Source: an uncultured Pseudomonadota bacterium | GTDB taxonomy: Bacteria; UBA10199; JADFYH01 | Direction: 5' to 3' | Assembly: GCA_964457215.1 (NCBI GenBank) | Contig: CAYWGE010000001.1 | Coordinates: 1-36,929 of the forward strand | Length of the DNA stretch: 36,929 bases | Part shown: one piece after another, positions 34,561 to 36,929 of the stretch | Layout of the letters: every line of letters starts with the position of its first letter | Numbering within the stretch: position 1 is the first letter of the stretch | Made by a program: the position numbers and the translations under genes | Notes under the pieces: generated by a model | Told to the model about the DNA's origin: nothing | What the model saw: the letters and a program-made list of their open reading frames with translations, nothing else | Databases searched by the model: none

Positions 34561-35292
34561 ATGCAAAATTTCTTAAGAAAACTAATCCAGCCTTTAGGAA
34601 AAAGTGTTGAAAAAGTAGGGGGTTGGGTAGAAAAACGCCGAAGTAAAAAACTGAGTACTCCTACTGCGCAAGAAGGAATGAAACTTCCCCCCGAGTATAC
34701 CCTTCATGCTCTAATGCAATATTTAGAAGAACGAGAAATTCGTTCGTTAATTCCAAACCTTGCAGGTAAAAAGACACTCTGCGCATCCTGGGGTGAAAAC
34801 ACCCTTTGCAATTTACTTCGCGAAAAAAAGGCCTCTCCTTTATTAATGATGGCCCCCCAAGCCGAAGAACTGGGAGAAATTTCAGAAACTACTTCTGAAC
34901 AATTTGGATTGGTAGGAAGCTTAAAAGCCGCTCCTTTTAAAAATGATTTTTTTGACTGCTCCATTATCAGCGCTTGGAATGGTAAAAACGATCTTTCCAC
35001 TTGGGTAGGAGAACTTACTCGGATTAGCCGAGATGGTTCTAGAATGGTTTTGGTATTTACTCATCCCTATCTTCAATATCTCTCCAAAACAGTTCGAAAA
35101 ATTCCTCAAGGCCTCTCACAAAATTTTATGACTCTCCGGAGAGCCGGAATTTATGTAGAAGAAATTAAAGAAGCTTTTGTGGATGAATCTGCAAAAGAAG
35201 CTCTTTCAAATATTCCCTCGACCTCGATTGAGAATTTAAAAGGCCTGCCTCTTTTAGTTTTATTCAAAGCAATCCGCCTCAAAAGGAAATAG
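34561..35292 (+). CDS. Hypothetical protein with a class-I methyltransferase-like fold and a degenerate SAM-binding motif
   Basis: I set the start at the ATG of the conserved GGAAACC-ATG junction. Methyltransferase-like blocks are present (..KKTLCASWGEN.., FDCSIISAWNG, ELTRISRDGSRMVLVF) but there is no GxGxG motif. Confidence 0.5.
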   Translation: MQNFLRKLIQPLGKSVEKVGGWVEKRRSKKLSTPTAQEGMKLPPEYTLHALMQYLEEREIRSLIPNLAGKKTLCASWGENTLCNLLREKKASPLLMMAPQAEELGEISETTSEQFGLVGSLKAAPFKNDFFDCSIISAWNGKNDLSTWVGELTRISRDGSRMVLVFTHPYLQYLSKTVRKIPQGLSQNFMTLRRAGIYVEEIKEAFVDESAKEALSNIPSTSIENLKGLPLLVLFKAIRLKRK

Positions 35293-35294
35293 AC

Positions 35295-35768
35295 ATGCAA
35301 AAAACCTTAAGCCCAGAAGATAAATTAAAAGAACTTAAATTATACCTCACAGAACCTGCAACTCCTGAAGGAAGCTATGTGCCTGCTGTCAAAACGGGTT
35401 CCCTGCTGTTTATTAGCGGTCAACTTCCTAAAATAGGCCCTCAACTCACTTTTAAAGGAAGGTTAGGAAAAGAAGTTTCTCTCGATAATGGGCAACGTGC
35501 TGCAAAACAAGCGCTAGCAAATGCTTTGGCGGTGGTTAAAAAAGAATTAGGCTCTTTAGATAAAGTAAAAAAAATAGTGCGGATGACGGGGTTCGTGAAT
35601 AGTTACCCAGGATTTACAGATCAGGCTAAAGTAATGGACGCCGCAAGTGAAATTCTAGGACAGATATTCGGAGAAAACGGAAAACACAGCCGAGTATCCG
35701 TAGGAGTCACCGACCTCCCTTTAAACTCCCCTATTGAACTTGATTTAATTGTAGAGGTTAAACCTTAA
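35295..35768 (+). CDS. RidA/YjgF/Rut-family reactive-intermediate deaminase-like protein
   Basis: This 157-aa protein has the YjgF-fold pattern (..LLFISGQLP....VKKIVRMTGFVNS....RVSVGVTDLPLNSPIELDLIVE). It starts 2 nt after the upstream gene. Confidence 0.75.
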   Translation: MQKTLSPEDKLKELKLYLTEPATPEGSYVPAVKTGSLLFISGQLPKIGPQLTFKGRLGKEVSLDNGQRAAKQALANALAVVKKELGSLDKVKKIVRMTGFVNSYPGFTDQAKVMDAASEILGQIFGENGKHSRVSVGVTDLPLNSPIELDLIVEVKP

Positions 35769-35783
35769 GAAAGTAAAAGTCCT

Positions 35784-36164
35784 TCACCCCACCCTTTTAC
35801 TTAGCATATGTTCGATTTTTCTCACCAAAGAAGAAATGTGGAAAGGTTTCGAGACGAAATCATCTGCCCCTAACTCTAAACATCGGCGGCGATCCATCTG
35901 GGCTTCTTTCGCCGAAAGAATCAAAATAAGAGGTTTTGGGGAACTAGGAATCTCACGAATTTTCTGACAAAGTTCAAAACCGCTAATATTGGGCATCATC
36001 AAATCTAACAACAGCAAGTCGGGCCTTTCTTCTTTAAACTGCATCAGTCCTTTCTCCCCTTCTTCGGCACTGAAGATTTTGTAGCCTTTTGTTTCTAGCA
36101 TCTTAGATAAAATTCGATGAACTTGAGGATCATCATCAACAATCAAAATTTTGATAGGGGTCAT
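35784..36164 (-). CDS. Stand-alone response-regulator receiver domain (CheY-like)
   Basis: The sequence reads ILIVDDDP...DLLLLDLMMP...ILSAK...FVSKPF, and at 126 aa it has no output domain. Confidence 0.88.
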   Translation of the reverse strand: MTPIKILIVDDDPQVHRILSKMLETKGYKIFSAEEGEKGLMQFKEERPDLLLLDLMMPNISGFELCQKIREIPSSPKPLILILSAKEAQMDRRRCLELGADDFVSKPFHISSLVRKIEHMLSKRVG

Positions 36165-36585
36165 ATTTTTTTATGTCCTCCAACGCAACGCATTAAAAGC
36201 TTGACAGTCTTTTTAAAGCGGTGATAACAACAGCCCTTATTTTAAGGGGGTCTTTAATCTCTCCTTAGCTTAATTTCGATCTCTGACAACCCATCTTTAT
36301 CAATTTTTATCAACTATATAAAATACTTGAAATTATCTATAATTTTATTAAAATATTATAAAACTTTGTACATCTCTAACTAATAGCTTACTATTGTTCC
36401 ATAATAGTTTTATGATTTAAGCCCCTCATTCTACTAGGGTCAGTGAAGGGGGAGAAAGGGGGAAGTAATAGTAGTTTGATGTGGATTAATTTGGTTTTAT
36501 CGAAACAGTCCAGACTTTATTCATCAACGTCTGGCGGTTTTTAAAGTAACTTGCAATAACGTAAACAAAAAAGGAGAGGAAAAAA

Positions 36586-36929
36586 ATGAAAAAACTAGGC
36601 TTACTTGCTTTAGTGGCCACAGTCTCTTTAGTGAGCGCTGGGACACTAAACGCAGCCGATAAAAAAAGCGCCGCGGGCGGACTTGAGCTCAGCGGTAACG
36701 TAACAGTCGTTACGGGTTGGCAGAATGACAGTAAATACGTAGGCGGCCCTGGTAACACTTTCAGTGGCGTTAACGATATTGACACTGCAAACTCTGGTTT
36801 AGGTCAATTAGGTGATTTTCGTGGTATTGCAGCACCCAGCCATGACACCTTCAATTTTTACCTGGATCAAGTTGAGTTAGATATCAACAAAACCTTCGGA
36901 GAAAATATCCGAATTCGTGCAGACCTTGA
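36586..36929 (+). CDS. Putative secreted or outer-membrane (porin-like) protein; the 3' end runs off the window
   Basis: AAGGAGAGG lies 7 nt upstream of the ATG. The signal peptide is MKKLGLLALVATVSLVSAGTLNAAD, followed by a beta-strand-like alternating sequence (LELSGNVTVVTGWQND...FYLDQVELDINKTF). The frame is open to the window end. Confidence 0.5.
   Translation, partial: MKKLGLLALVATVSLVSAGTLNAADKKSAAGGLELSGNVTVVTGWQNDSKYVGGPGNTFSGVNDIDTANSGLGQLGDFRGIAAPSHDTFNFYLDQVELDINKTFGENIRIRADL

Noticed and set aside
36479-36544. A 21-codon uORF following the purine tract GAAGGGGGAGAAAGGGGGAAG (36446-36466) in the long AT-rich region upstream of the porin-like gene.
   Set aside because: The purine tract lies 12 nt or more from the ATG, which is poor SD spacing. 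The peptide has no features and nothing else supports it. The region is probably promoter or leader DNA.
36486-36785. Minus-strand 99-aa ORF.
   Set aside because: It lies antisense to a plus-strand frame that has a strong SD (AAGGAGAGG), a canonical signal peptide, and stays open to the window end.
1-36929. A scan for tRNA, rRNA, tmRNA, transposase/integrase genes, toxin-antitoxin pairs and known defence-system genes.
   Set aside because: I found none. No cloverleaf-like GTTCGAATC-type arms appear in the intergenic regions, and no ORF carries transposase, integrase, nuclease, helicase or ATPase motifs typical of mobile or defence modules.

Overview
This AT-rich, tightly packed window comes from a diderm bacterium, judged by the Omp85/TamB, Slt70 and Mpl/LdcA genes. 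Almost all of it is recognisable housekeeping. The minus strand at 1-13431 carries a dcw cell-wall/division cluster: mraZ, a STAS gene, rsmH, ftsL, ftsI, murE, murF, mraY, murD, ftsW, an opposite-strand ORF, then murG. Next come a Slt70-like transglycosylase, a DUF2585 membrane protein, a GluR0-like ligand-gated K+ channel, hisG, a CPBP protease and a lipoprotein. After these lie a 2-oxoacid dehydrogenase E1alpha-E1beta-E2-lipA operon, a peptidoglycan-recycling trio (ldcA, a beta-lactamase-fold hydrolase, mpl) and a tamB-like/Omp85 pair. The window ends with a methyltransferase-like gene plus ridA, a stand-alone receiver and a partial porin-like gene. I found no CRISPR array, tRNA, rRNA, transposase or recognisable defence genes. 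The most unusual signal is non-coding. A GC-rich modular element with compensatory base-pair changes is tandemly repeated at 34230-34560. It recurs on the opposite strand at 24027-24119, and both loci run into a near-identical SD-ATG junction of unrelated operons. Other oddities are a perfect 32-bp inverted repeat in the mraY-murD spacer, a lysine-poor 441-aa ORF that breaks the dcw cluster between ftsW and murG, a STAS-domain gene between mraZ and rsmH, and a PASTA-tailed FtsI. All functional calls rest on motif recognition in the supplied translations. No database search was possible.
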